This document shows, piece after piece, positions 1 to 7,827 of a stretch of 37,376 bases of DNA. The stretch is from a virus, in IMG/VR virus record IMGVR_UViG_3300028901_000135, positions 1 to 37,376 of that record. The stretch is one strand, 5' to 3'. Below the pieces are notes generated by a model. The model was not told where the DNA came from and ran no database searches. It saw only the letters and a list, made by a program, of their open reading frames with translations. Position numbers and translations under genes: made by a program. The number at the start of each line of letters is the position of its first letter. Within the stretch, counting starts at the first letter, position 1.

Positions 1-141
1 GTTTGCCCAGGAGGTGAATGAGACTACCTGGAACCTGCTGCGGGAGAGCCTGGCGGCCGGGTTGGAAGACGGAGACGGTTTGCAGAAGCTGATGGAGCGG
101 GTTGAAAGCGTAATGGGGGAGCGGATCCAAAGTTCGAGCGA
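1..141. repeat. Terminal redundancy: 1-141 is identical to 37236-37376, so the genome is circular or circularly permuted with a 37,235-bp unit
   Basis: Read directly: gtttgcccaggaggtgaatgag...ccaaagttcgagcga occurs at both window ends. The portal-MuF reading frame is continuous across the junction. Confidence 0.95.
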
Positions 142-442
142 GACGATCGCGCGGACGGAGGCGGTGGGGGCGATGAACGGAGGAAAGTTGGAGGCGTGGA
201 AGCAGGCAGATCAGTTGTATGGTACGCGCACCAAAAAGACCTGGCTGGCTGAGCTGGACGATCGCACCAGGGAGAGCCACGTGGAGGCGCACCGGCGGTA
301 CCAGGCGGAGCCGATTGATAAGGACGAGGATTTCGAGGTGGGCGGAGTGTTTGGGCCTGGGCCGGGAGAGTTGGGCGATCCGGGTGAAGACATCAACTGC
401 CGGTGCACGATGCAACCAGTCGTGGAAGAAGAAGAGATTTAA
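2..442 (+). CDS. 3' part of the portal-MuF fusion gene (continues 35419..37376 across the junction); SPP1 gp7 / Mu F-like head-morphogenesis domain
   Basis: Same frame as the 35419 ORF once 37236 is mapped to position 1. The C-terminal DINCRCTM motif is typical of the gp7/MuF family. Stop TAA 440-442 lies inside a family-K repeat. Confidence 0.8.
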   Translation, partial: FAQEVNETTWNLLRESLAAGLEDGDGLQKLMERVESVMGERIQSSSETIARTEAVGAMNGGKLEAWKQADQLYGTRTKKTWLAELDDRTRESHVEAHRRYQAEPIDKDEDFEVGGVFGPGPGELGDPGEDINCRCTMQPVVEEEEI

Positions 443-470
443 CCACGAAACACACGAAAGACACGAAAGG
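435..470 (+). repeat. Family-K repeat, copy 1 (ATTTAACCACGAAA-CACACGAAA-GACACGAAAGG: three tandem CACGAAANN 9-mers)
   Basis: Its TAA (440-442) terminates the portal-MuF gene. 435-468 is identical to 19085-19118. It is followed by aagagaag and ATG 482. Confidence 0.9.
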
Positions 471-481
471 AAGAGAAGAAA

Positions 482-688
482 ATGCCTAGCACGACGATCA
501 AATGGTTTGAAAACGCACATTTGCCGGAACACTTGCGAAAGGTGAGCAAGCCGGTTTGCGATCTGGCGGTATTGATGGAGAAAATGCTACCGGATGGGCC
601 AGAGAAGAGCGCGGGAATGCGCAAGCTGCTGGAGGCGAAGGATTGCTTCGTGCGGGCGGAGCTGGAAGCGAAGCCCAAGGAGGTGTGA
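482..688 (+). CDS. Hypothetical protein, 68 aa
   Basis: ATG 482 follows a purine-rich tract just after family-K copy 1. Stop TGA 686-688 abuts GTG 690 of the protease gene. No motif recognised. Confidence 0.5.
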   Translation: MPSTTIKWFENAHLPEHLRKVSKPVCDLAVLMEKMLPDGPEKSAGMRKLLEAKDCFVRAELEAKPKEV

Positions 689-689
689 G

Positions 690-1682
690 GTGAGCAAGCA
701 ATTTTTGAGGATGTATCGCTCGGAGGATGTGTCGCAGGAGATGGGGACGCCGATCCGGTATACGATCGCGACGGAGGGGATCAAGCGCGACGGTTTGAAT
801 TTGAAGGTGGCCGGGGCGCGGGTGGATAACTATCTGCGCAACCCGATTGTTACCTGGGTGCACGATTTCATGGGGCAGCGGCTGCCGATCGGGCGGGCGG
901 CGCTGATCATCGGGGCGGACAGCATCGATGCGGAGATCACCTTCGACCAGGAAGACGAATTCGCGCGCCAGGTGGAGAGCAAGTACCGCCGGGGTTATTT
1001 GAACGCGGTCAGTGTGAGCTGGAACCCGCTGCAAATGAACGGGCGTGATGTGGATGAGTGGGAGTTCCTGGAGCTGGCCGCGGTGCCGGTGCCGGGGGAT
1101 CCGGATGCGTTGATCAAGCGCCAGTATGAGGCGCTGGGTGAGTTGCTGGGAGAAACCTCTCTCCCGGCCTCTCCCCTAGAGGGGAGAGGGGCGGAAGGAG
1201 CCGAGGGCCTGTGGGAGGAATTGGCGGCCGAGATGGTCGACGTTTTCCTTCGGGGGTCTGATGAAAGCGGAAGTCGGGAGGGGCGTTATCGGGCGCTTTT
1301 GCCGAGGTACCGGAAGCTCGGGAAGGTTGCGCCGGAGTTCATCGACGATGAGGGTCTGAGGGGTTTGGGCAGCGCGGAGCTGCGCGGGTTGTTCCTGGAG
1401 GGCGAGTGGGGACTCGTTTTCCCCGAGGAACCTACCCCCCGCCCCTCGCTAAAGGGAGGGGAGAAGAGGAAGGGCGCGGTGCTGAGCAAGCGGAACCTGG
1501 ATGATCTGGGGCGGGCGGTGGAGCTGGTGAGCGGCGTGATCGAGCGGGCGAGGAAAGAGGATTCAACCGCGGAGGAAGAGGCGGGTAAGGATACCCGCCC
1601 TACCGATGAGGAGGAGGAGAGCCGGGCGGCGTTCGAGGGATTGAACCAATTTTTGGATAGGCTGAATAAGCTGGAGGTTTGA
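690..1682 (+). CDS. Prohead protease (HK97/S78-like) with a long acidic C-terminal tail
   Basis: Lies between the portal and major capsid genes. The N-terminal ~150 aa (NPIVTWVHDFMGQRLPIGRA, GYLNAVSVSW, ELAAVPVPGDP) fit the HK97 prohead protease pattern. SD aaggagg 677-683 precedes GTG 690 (ATG 711 is an alternative). The tail carries three in-frame repeat copies. Confidence 0.8.
   Translation: MSKQFLRMYRSEDVSQEMGTPIRYTIATEGIKRDGLNLKVAGARVDNYLRNPIVTWVHDFMGQRLPIGRAALIIGADSIDAEITFDQEDEFARQVESKYRRGYLNAVSVSWNPLQMNGRDVDEWEFLELAAVPVPGDPDALIKRQYEALGELLGETSLPASPLEGRGAEGAEGLWEELAAEMVDVFLRGSDESGSREGRYRALLPRYRKLGKVAPEFIDDEGLRGLGSAELRGLFLEGEWGLVFPEEPTPRPSLKGGEKRKGAVLSKRNLDDLGRAVELVSGVIERARKEDSTAEEEAGKDTRPTDEEEESRAAFEGLNQFLDRLNKLEV
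1156..1191 (+). repeat. Family-H hairpin repeat (C-rich arm / G-rich arm; consensus about CCTACCCCYGNCCCCTCCCTAAAGGGAGGGG)
   Basis: Stem cctctcccc/ggggagagg. In frame in the protease tail (SLPASPLEGRGAEG). Confidence 0.9.
1431..1461 (+). repeat. Family-H hairpin repeat
   Basis: In frame in the protease tail (EPTPRPSLKGGE). Confidence 0.9.
1580..1599. repeat. GGCGGGTA-agga-TACCCGCC hairpin (related to family G and to the 32055 terminator stem)
   Basis: In frame in the protease tail (EAGKDTRPT). A near-copy at 36834-36853 lies in the portal-MuF linker (AARDTRPT). Confidence 0.8.
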
Positions 1683-1683
1683 A

Positions 1684-3204
1684 ATGGCTGAGAATTTGAA
1701 TTTGGATGTCCTTTTGAAGGAGATCAACGATCGTTTGACGGTGATCGGGCAACAGGTCGATGAGACCAAGCTGCGCTCGATGGTGGAGGGGCAGTTCAAC
1801 CTGCTGATGCAGGATCAGGGTTTTGCGCGCAAGATGCGCTTTGGCGCGGGCGGCGGCGATAAGAAGCTGGTGGGCACGAAGTACGCGCGGTTTGGCCTGA
1901 GCGTGCAGGACATCGAGTTCCTGTATGACTTGCAGGAGAGCCTGCGCGGTCAGAAGCGGGTGAACGACACCGGCGTGTACGAAGGGCCGAGCGAGACGCT
2001 GCGCAATTCGTTTGCGGCGTTGTCCGAAGCCTATTACCTGCCGATGGAAGAGGTGCGGGCGATGGACCAGCGGGCGCTGGATAACCTGTTCCCGCGTATC
2101 CCGCTGAGCTATTTCCAGGGCAAGGATCTGGATCTGGCCAAGCGCGGGGCGTGGGAGCTGACCGAGGCTTACCAGCGTGCGGTGCGCGCGATGGACAGCG
2201 CGGAAAGCGGTTACGGCAACCAGTTGATCGGGGCGGGGTACGTCTCGGATCTGTGGGAGGGCGCGCGCGGCGAAAGCCGGGTGTTTGGGCTGATCGATAC
2301 GTTCGAGATGCGCAACCCGACCGAGTACCTGCCGGTGGAAGTGGATTTCCCGGAGCTGTTGTTCGTCTCGGAGAGCACGGCCAACAACTCGAGCAATTAC
2401 ACCACGGTAAAGACCGGGAGCCAGCGCGTGCAGGTGGACGCGAAGAAATTTGTCATCCACCAGATGTGGAGCGGCGAGCTGGAGGAAGATTCAATCCTGC
2501 CGTTCGTGCCGTTCTTGCGCCGGCAGCAGCAGCTCTCGATCGCGTATTACTCGGATAGCCTGGTGCTGAACGGGGATACGACCAACGCGGCGACGGGGAA
2601 CATCAACCTGGACGACGCGGACCCGGCCGATACCAAGCACTACCTGGCGTTCGACGGGATCCGGCACGCAGGGCTGGTGGACAACACGGCGAACAGCAAG
2701 GACCTGGCGGCTTCGATCAGCCTGGCCGCGCTGCGGGCGGCGAAGGGGCGCATGATCGACGCGACCAACAAGGTGGACTGGGGACACCCAAACAACCCGG
2801 ACGACCTGGTGTACGTGCAGGATCCGGAGCTGGCCGACCAGACCGCGACGCTGGACGAGATCATCAAGTTCAACCAGATTGGCCAGCGCGCTTTGCTCAA
2901 TGGCGAGGTGGCGCGGGCGCTGGGGCATCCGGTGATCAGCTCGATCGCGGTCTCGAAGACCGAGGCGGACGGGAAGGTTTCGACCACCGGCAGCAACAAC
3001 GTCAAGGGGCAGAACGTGACGTTCAACCGCCGGGCGTTCAAGGCCGGGTGGCGGCGCCGCGTGAAGGTGGAAAGCGAGCGCTTGCCCGCTACCGACCAGA
3101 CGCGGATCGTGCTGAGCATGCGCCTGGGCCTTGGCCGGTTCACGCCGAGCGGGGCGGCCTCGGGGATCGAGGGCGCGGATGTGATTTACGATATCTCGCT
3201 CTAG
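1684..3204 (+). CDS. Major capsid protein (HK97 fold expected), 506 aa
   Basis: Immediately follows the protease, with ATG 1684 two nt after that gene's stop. Size and N-terminal helical delta-like region fit; a hairpin follows the stop. Confidence 0.85.
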   Translation: MAENLNLDVLLKEINDRLTVIGQQVDETKLRSMVEGQFNLLMQDQGFARKMRFGAGGGDKKLVGTKYARFGLSVQDIEFLYDLQESLRGQKRVNDTGVYEGPSETLRNSFAALSEAYYLPMEEVRAMDQRALDNLFPRIPLSYFQGKDLDLAKRGAWELTEAYQRAVRAMDSAESGYGNQLIGAGYVSDLWEGARGESRVFGLIDTFEMRNPTEYLPVEVDFPELLFVSESTANNSSNYTTVKTGSQRVQVDAKKFVIHQMWSGELEEDSILPFVPFLRRQQQLSIAYYSDSLVLNGDTTNAATGNINLDDADPADTKHYLAFDGIRHAGLVDNTANSKDLAASISLAALRAAKGRMIDATNKVDWGHPNNPDDLVYVQDPELADQTATLDEIIKFNQIGQRALLNGEVARALGHPVISSIAVSKTEADGKVSTTGSNNVKGQNVTFNRRAFKAGWRRRVKVESERLPATDQTRIVLSMRLGLGRFTPSGAASGIEGADVIYDISL

Positions 3205-3211
3205 CGAGATC

Positions 3212-3245
3212 GTGATCAGTGAGCAGTAATCGGTAAATGGTGAAG
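3212..3245 (+). repeat. Family-S stop-proximal short tandem motif (gtgatcagtgagcagtaatcggtaaatggtgaag)
   Basis: Begins 8 nt after the capsid stop and is rich in out-of-frame TGA/TAA. Confidence 0.8.
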
Positions 3246-3247
3246 AA

Positions 3248-3283
3248 CCTCACCCCTGCCCCTCTCCTACGAGGAGAGGGGTG
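3248..3283 (+). repeat. Family-H hairpin repeat (10-bp stem cccctctcct/aggagagggg)
   Basis: Intergenic, 44 nt after the capsid gene stop. Confidence 0.9.
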
Positions 3284-3306
3284 GGAGGAGAGGAAAGGAG
3301 CAAGCG

Positions 3307-3717
3307 ATGCAGATCGAGAATGACATTTCGAAGGGGCAGCTGGTGCCGTTGACGTTCGTGCAGGCGAACGCGGCCGCCAGCCAGACGGACGTGGCACTGA
3401 CAGTGGCCGAGGTTTCGGACGCCTACGCGATGCCGTTCGCCGGCGAGGTGGTGGCGGTGACGGTGCGCAGCAACGCGGCGCGGACAGCGGGCACCCTGAC
3501 GGCGGATGCGCTGATCAACGGGACGGCCGCTGGGCTGACGGCGGTGCTGAACGCGACGGTGACCAACAACAAGGTCAGCAAACAGCCGCGCGGGTCGGAC
3601 GAGTTCGCGGCCGGAGCATATATCGGGGCCAAGGTGACGACGGACGCGAGCTGGGCGCCGGAGACGGGCGATATCGTGGTCACGGTGTGGGTCTTGCTGA
3701 AAGTGGAAGGGATTTGA
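3307..3717 (+). CDS. Hypothetical virion-module protein, 136 aa (possible head auxiliary/decoration protein)
   Basis: Position directly after the capsid gene; SD ggaaaggag upstream; Ala/Thr/Val-rich beta-type sequence. Function is inferred from position only. Confidence 0.5.
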   Translation: MQIENDISKGQLVPLTFVQANAAASQTDVALTVAEVSDAYAMPFAGEVVAVTVRSNAARTAGTLTADALINGTAAGLTAVLNATVTNNKVSKQPRGSDEFAAGAYIGAKVTTDASWAPETGDIVVTVWVLLKVEGI

Positions 3718-3727
3718 GCCGAAGCGG

Positions 3728-3763
3728 CAGTAATCAGTGAGTAGTAATCAGTAATCAGTGAAG
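3728..3763 (+). repeat. Family-S motif (cagtaatcagtgagtagtaatcagtaatcagtgaag)
   Basis: Begins 11 nt after the stop of 3307..3717. Confidence 0.85.
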
Positions 3764-3798
3764 AGGGGAGGCGGTGAGCCTCCCCCAGGAGGATCGAA

Positions 3799-4095
3799 AT
3801 GCCGAAGTACAGTGTGCAGTGGAAGTACACGTCGAGCCTGGGCGGGCCGTTTTTGGCGGGCGATGTGGTGGAGTTGGATGAGGTGAGGGCCGAGGCGATC
3901 AACCGGGACAGCCCGGGGGTGTTGAAACCTACCCCCAACCCCTCCCTAAATGGAGGGGGGAAGAAAGAGAAGGAGACGGTCGATGCGCAAACGATCCGGG
4001 ACCGGCAGGTGAAGGCGGCGGAGACGCGCGGACGGGGTGAACAGCAGGCCATGACCACGGAGAATTTTGCCGCGGTCAAGCCGAAGGAGGAGTGA
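3799..4095 (+). CDS. Hypothetical protein, 98 aa, with an in-frame family-H repeat
   Basis: SD caggagg upstream of ATG 3799. The repeat is read as KPTPNPSLNGGGK. Confidence 0.5.
   Translation: MPKYSVQWKYTSSLGGPFLAGDVVELDEVRAEAINRDSPGVLKPTPNPSLNGGGKKEKETVDAQTIRDRQVKAAETRGRGEQQAMTTENFAAVKPKEE
3928..3960 (+). repeat. Family-H hairpin repeat
   Basis: In frame in 3799..4095 (KPTPNPSLNGGG). Confidence 0.9.
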
Positions 4096-4096
4096 G

Positions 4097-4447
4097 ATGC
4101 ACAAGGACGTGATCAAGGCGACGATCGCGAACGGGCAGAGCGAGAGCGGTCCGATCGATTTGCGCGACGCGGCGGGCGACGCGGGGCTTGTGGGCATCCC
4201 GAGCGCGTGGACGGCGGCGGATTTGGGGTTCAAGGTGTCGGACACTTTGGCCGGGACGTACTCGCCGCTGCGGGATGAGAGTGGGGCGCTGGTGACGGTG
4301 AGTGGGATCATCACCAATGCGGCGGCGTGGTATAAGCTGCCGGAGGCGCTGCGTGGGGCTATGTTCGTAAAGTTGTGGAGCCAGAGTGCGGGAGTAGCGG
4401 CGAACCAGGGCGCGGATCGGGCGATCGCGGTGATGGTGAAGGGATGA
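4097..4447 (+). CDS. Hypothetical virion-module protein, 116 aa
   Basis: ATG 4097 is preceded by gaaggagg. The upstream extension of ORF 4067 (MPRSSRRRSE) looks non-native. Confidence 0.5.
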   Translation: MHKDVIKATIANGQSESGPIDLRDAAGDAGLVGIPSAWTAADLGFKVSDTLAGTYSPLRDESGALVTVSGIITNAAAWYKLPEALRGAMFVKLWSQSAGVAANQGADRAIAVMVKG

Positions 4448-5745
4448 ACGGGCTTTTGACTGGCGGTGGTCGATGGGTGGACGTAGCCGTGCCAGACGCG
4501 GCCTTTGCCTGGCTTCCGTTCACGGTGCAGCGCAGAGGCCGAAAGTTTCGAGCGAAGGGCTTCGACCTACGAACGCATGCCGCCATCCCTGTGACCAAGA
4601 CGTACTGGGTCAAGCCTGCCAGCGAGGGTGGAAGCGACGCGGCGAACGGTCTGAGTGAGGCCACGGCCTTTGCCAGCATCAACCGCGGGTTGAGCCGGGC
4701 GGATGTTGACCGGGTGATGGTAAAGGGGGCGTCGGGAGCAGGGGCTATATATGGTGTGACTGTTTACCCGTCATCGCGCAGTTGGAATAACCAATCACCA
4801 GCAAGAAACGTCGAGGTGATCGGCTATGGTGGGAAGGTGATCTCGACGAGCCATGTCGAGGCCGATAATCTAGTGTGGACGCCAGTCGATAGCCACTATG
4901 AGGCCAGTTACGGGACCGCGTTTTCTCAAGTACGAGATGGCGGCGTGCCCACGACATACGGAGATGCAAGCAAGTTGACCCAAGTGGCGAGTGTCGCCGC
5001 GGTGGACGCTACTCCAGGATCGTGGTACTACACCGGCGGGGTGCTGTCCGTGCACACCGCAGACAGCAGGGCGCCCGATGCAAACCTATATTGTTTTATC
5101 GGAGTAGCCCAAGGTCGAATTGATGACGGCGTGAAATATTACGTCGAGGGAATCGAATTCTGGGGTGGGTCGAATGCCTGGCTGGGCAGTACGACCAGCC
5201 CAGACGCGAAAGTCTATTTAAAAAATTGCACATTTCGCTACTCGACAAACGACTGCATATCGATCGCGGGATGCGGGGAGATTATCCTCCAGGGCTGTAC
5301 GGTGGCACGGGGAGATGCAGATGGGGTGCATATGGCGGTGAGTACGGCACAGGCGGCCAACCTGGTGATGATCGATTGCACCCTCCGCAATCATGGTCTT
5401 ACGGGTGCTACCAACAGCAACGCATACAGCCGCCACGGACCAGGGAGCACGGTTGTCATCGGCGGGCAGATGTATGAGTGTTATGGGCCGACGATCAACG
5501 ATATCACGGATGGAACTACTCTGTGGTGCCTGGGTGTTTATGCTCGAGATCCGGTGAGCGCGTCTGGACGGTTTAATTTTGGCGGCCAGAATACGACGCT
5601 GATCTGGCTAGATAGCTGCCGAAGTTCCGGCGGAGTTGACGGCGATGTGCGTGCCTACGATGCGGCGACAGTGATCAGACATCGGAAAATGAGCCCAAGT
5701 ATCCCAGTCGCTGCGACCGGGAGCGGGACAGTCACCACCTACTAG
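4444..5745 (+). CDS. Right-handed beta-helix (pectate-lyase-like) repeat protein, 433 aa; candidate depolymerase/spike
   Basis: ATGA overlap with the previous gene (ATG 4444, TGA 4445-4447). Periodic beta-helix-type segments: LKNCTFRYSTNDCISIAGCGEIILQGCTVARGDADGVHM, LVMIDCTLRNHG. Confidence 0.65.
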   Translation: MNGLLTGGGRWVDVAVPDAAFAWLPFTVQRRGRKFRAKGFDLRTHAAIPVTKTYWVKPASEGGSDAANGLSEATAFASINRGLSRADVDRVMVKGASGAGAIYGVTVYPSSRSWNNQSPARNVEVIGYGGKVISTSHVEADNLVWTPVDSHYEASYGTAFSQVRDGGVPTTYGDASKLTQVASVAAVDATPGSWYYTGGVLSVHTADSRAPDANLYCFIGVAQGRIDDGVKYYVEGIEFWGGSNAWLGSTTSPDAKVYLKNCTFRYSTNDCISIAGCGEIILQGCTVARGDADGVHMAVSTAQAANLVMIDCTLRNHGLTGATNSNAYSRHGPGSTVVIGGQMYECYGPTINDITDGTTLWCLGVYARDPVSASGRFNFGGQNTTLIWLDSCRSSGGVDGDVRAYDAATVIRHRKMSPSIPVAATGSGTVTTY

Positions 5746-5754
5746 GGAGGTTCG

Positions 5755-6753
5755 ATGCAACTATATTGTTCGGTTTCTGAGATCCTGGACGACCTGGATA
5801 AGCCGGGCGCGGACGAGGCCAAAACGCTGCGCAACATCCGGGATGCGAGCCGGTTCATCGCGGGGCTGTTCGAGTGGCCGATGCTGCCGGAGATCGCGAC
5901 CCGATCGTTCCGCGGGGGCGATGGCGACACGCTGTTTTTGCGCTCGCCGCTGCTGCGGGTGACGAGCCTCACGCATCTGGACGAGGCGCTGACGGCGGGC
6001 GTGGATTTCAGCCTGGAGCCGCAGGAGCGCTGGTGGACGGGCGGGCCGTACTCGCGGTTGGCAACGCTGCCGGATGGCAGCATCGGCGGCTGGGCGGACA
6101 CAGCCGGGGCGGTGGAGATCGCCGGCTGGTGGGGGCTGTATGACGAGGCTATCAGCTTACAGCTATCAACGGTCAGCCAGCTCATAGGGGCATCGACCAT
6201 TGAGGTATCGGACGGGAGCCAGGTTTCGCCGGGGATGCTGCTCAAGCTCAATGACGAGTGGGAGGAGGTGACCGGAGCGGCGCCGGCGAGCGCATCGGGC
6301 GCGACGCTCAACGGGGCGATCGATGAGACGGACGAGGAGATCACGCTGTCGGACGGGAGCCTGGTCAAGACAGGCGAGGTGATCAAGATCAACTTCGAGC
6401 GGATGCGCGTGCTGGATATCGCCGGAAACGACGTGGCGGTGAAGCGGGCCTATGCGCTCACGCGGCGGGCCAGCCATCTGACGGCGGCGGCGGTGTACGT
6501 GCAGCGATCGTACACGGTGAGCCGTGGCGCGAACGGATCCACGGCGGCGGCGCATTCGAGCGCGGCGGTATACAGGCAGGTCCCGCCGGGCGATGTCAAC
6601 TATCTGTGCCGGCAGATCGCGGCGCTGATGGGCATCAAGGCGGGGACGCAGTTCGCCGGGCGGCAAGGGACGGCGGACGGCGAGACGTTCTACTACAACG
6701 AGTTCCCGAGCGCGATCGAGAAGATCAAAGATAAATACAGGTTCGGCGTATGA
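5755..6753 (+). CDS. Head-tail connector/adaptor (gp6-like N-terminus) with a C-terminal extension, 332 aa
   Basis: N-terminus MQLYCSVSEILDDLDK...AKTLRNIRDASRFIAG resembles head-tail connector proteins. SD gggagg 5745-5750; the position fits by synteny. Confidence 0.55.
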   Translation: MQLYCSVSEILDDLDKPGADEAKTLRNIRDASRFIAGLFEWPMLPEIATRSFRGGDGDTLFLRSPLLRVTSLTHLDEALTAGVDFSLEPQERWWTGGPYSRLATLPDGSIGGWADTAGAVEIAGWWGLYDEAISLQLSTVSQLIGASTIEVSDGSQVSPGMLLKLNDEWEEVTGAAPASASGATLNGAIDETDEEITLSDGSLVKTGEVIKINFERMRVLDIAGNDVAVKRAYALTRRASHLTAAAVYVQRSYTVSRGANGSTAAAHSSAAVYRQVPPGDVNYLCRQIAALMGIKAGTQFAGRQGTADGETFYYNEFPSAIEKIKDKYRFGV

Positions 6754-7334
6754 GCTTCCAGGTCGAGATCGTACTCCAGGGCGATAAAAAGCTGCGCAAG
6801 GCGCTGGCGGGCAGCCAGGTCATCGTTGCCAAGCGATTGACCGAGGCGATGTGGCAGGGCGAGCTGACGCTGGTGCGGGCGATCCAGCCGAGGGTGCCGG
6901 TGGGCGTCTCGGGGCTGCTGCGCGGGAGCATCGAGGCGGAGCCGCCAACGCAGGCGGGGAGCACGATCGTGGGCAAGGTTGGATCGACGCTGCGCAGCGA
7001 GGAGTATCCGAAGGTGATGGAGTTCGGGCGCAAGCCAGGATCGTGGATCAGCGCGGAGGGGATGGAGAACCTGACGCTGTGGGTGCATCGCAAGCGGCTG
7101 GCGGGGAACTACTCGATCAAAACACACAGGCGGCTGGGAAAGAAGAGTATCCAGGCGGAGCAGGACCGGCGAGTAGCTTGGGCGATCGCGGTGAAGATTT
7201 TCCGCAAGGGGATCGAGGGACGGCATTTCATGAGCGGCGGCTACCAGGAAGCGAAGGAACGGATCAAGCAGATCTTCCGGCGGGCGTTGCGGCTGATCAA
7301 AAAGGACATACACGATGCTGGAAACGTGGATTGA
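6750..7334 (+). CDS. HK97 gp10-like head-tail joining protein
   Basis: ATGA overlap with the upstream gene. The N-terminal pattern VEIVLQGDKKLRKAL...VRAIQPRVPVGVSGLLRGSI resembles the gp10 family. Confidence 0.6.
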   Translation: MSFQVEIVLQGDKKLRKALAGSQVIVAKRLTEAMWQGELTLVRAIQPRVPVGVSGLLRGSIEAEPPTQAGSTIVGKVGSTLRSEEYPKVMEFGRKPGSWISAEGMENLTLWVHRKRLAGNYSIKTHRRLGKKSIQAEQDRRVAWAIAVKIFRKGIEGRHFMSGGYQEAKERIKQIFRRALRLIKKDIHDAGNVD

Positions 7335-7764
7335 CGCGCTGTGCGACGTGTGGGGCGAGGTGGAGGCCGGAAACGGGCGGCTGGTGACGAGCTATCCGCT
7401 GTTTCGGCGGCGCGAGTTCCCGGCGGCGATCAAGGTGTATCCGTGCGCGCTGACGTTCGTGGACCGGGTGCAGCCGCGGCACGTGGAGGGAGCGTTCCAC
7501 ACGTGGACCGGGCGCACCGAGTTCCACTTTTTCGAGAGCGCAGACCCGGCGCTGCTGCCGGACGTGGCGCGGTTTTACGAGCGGATTTTGCACGCGGCGG
7601 CGAGCCACGTGACGCTGGGCGGGCTGGTCGAGGTGTTCCGGATCGACCCGGAGGCGGGCGTGGCGGGATCGCTGCGGCTGCAATATGGGACTGAAACCCC
7701 GCACTGGGGAGCAATCATCGGCTGGTCGGTCATCGAAGAGGCCAGCGAGTTATATAGCGGGTAG
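7315..7764 (+). CDS. Tail completion/terminator-position protein, 149 aa
   Basis: Synteny only: it lies between the gp10-like gene and the major tail gene. Confidence 0.45.
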   Translation: MLETWIDALCDVWGEVEAGNGRLVTSYPLFRRREFPAAIKVYPCALTFVDRVQPRHVEGAFHTWTGRTEFHFFESADPALLPDVARFYERILHAAASHVTLGGLVEVFRIDPEAGVAGSLRLQYGTETPHWGAIIGWSVIEEASELYSG

Positions 7765-7767
7765 GAA

Positions 7768-7816
7768 CCTACCCCTGCCCCTCCCTAAACACCCTGACGG
7801 GTGCAGGTGGAGGGGG
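7768..7816 (+). repeat. Family-H composite variant with an inner caccc-tgac-gggtg hairpin
   Basis: Intergenic, just upstream of the major tail gene SD. Confidence 0.9.
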
Positions 7817-7827
7817 AAAGGAGAATC

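Noticed and set aside
594-689. N-terminal extension of the protease ORF (track start at 594), and similar extensions at 4375, 7801, 8838, 29116, 26758 and 22019
   Set aside because: The extensions overlap upstream genes or repeats, are Arg/Gly-rich, and lack an SD. Internal starts with good SDs or ATGA/GTGA coupling were preferred.
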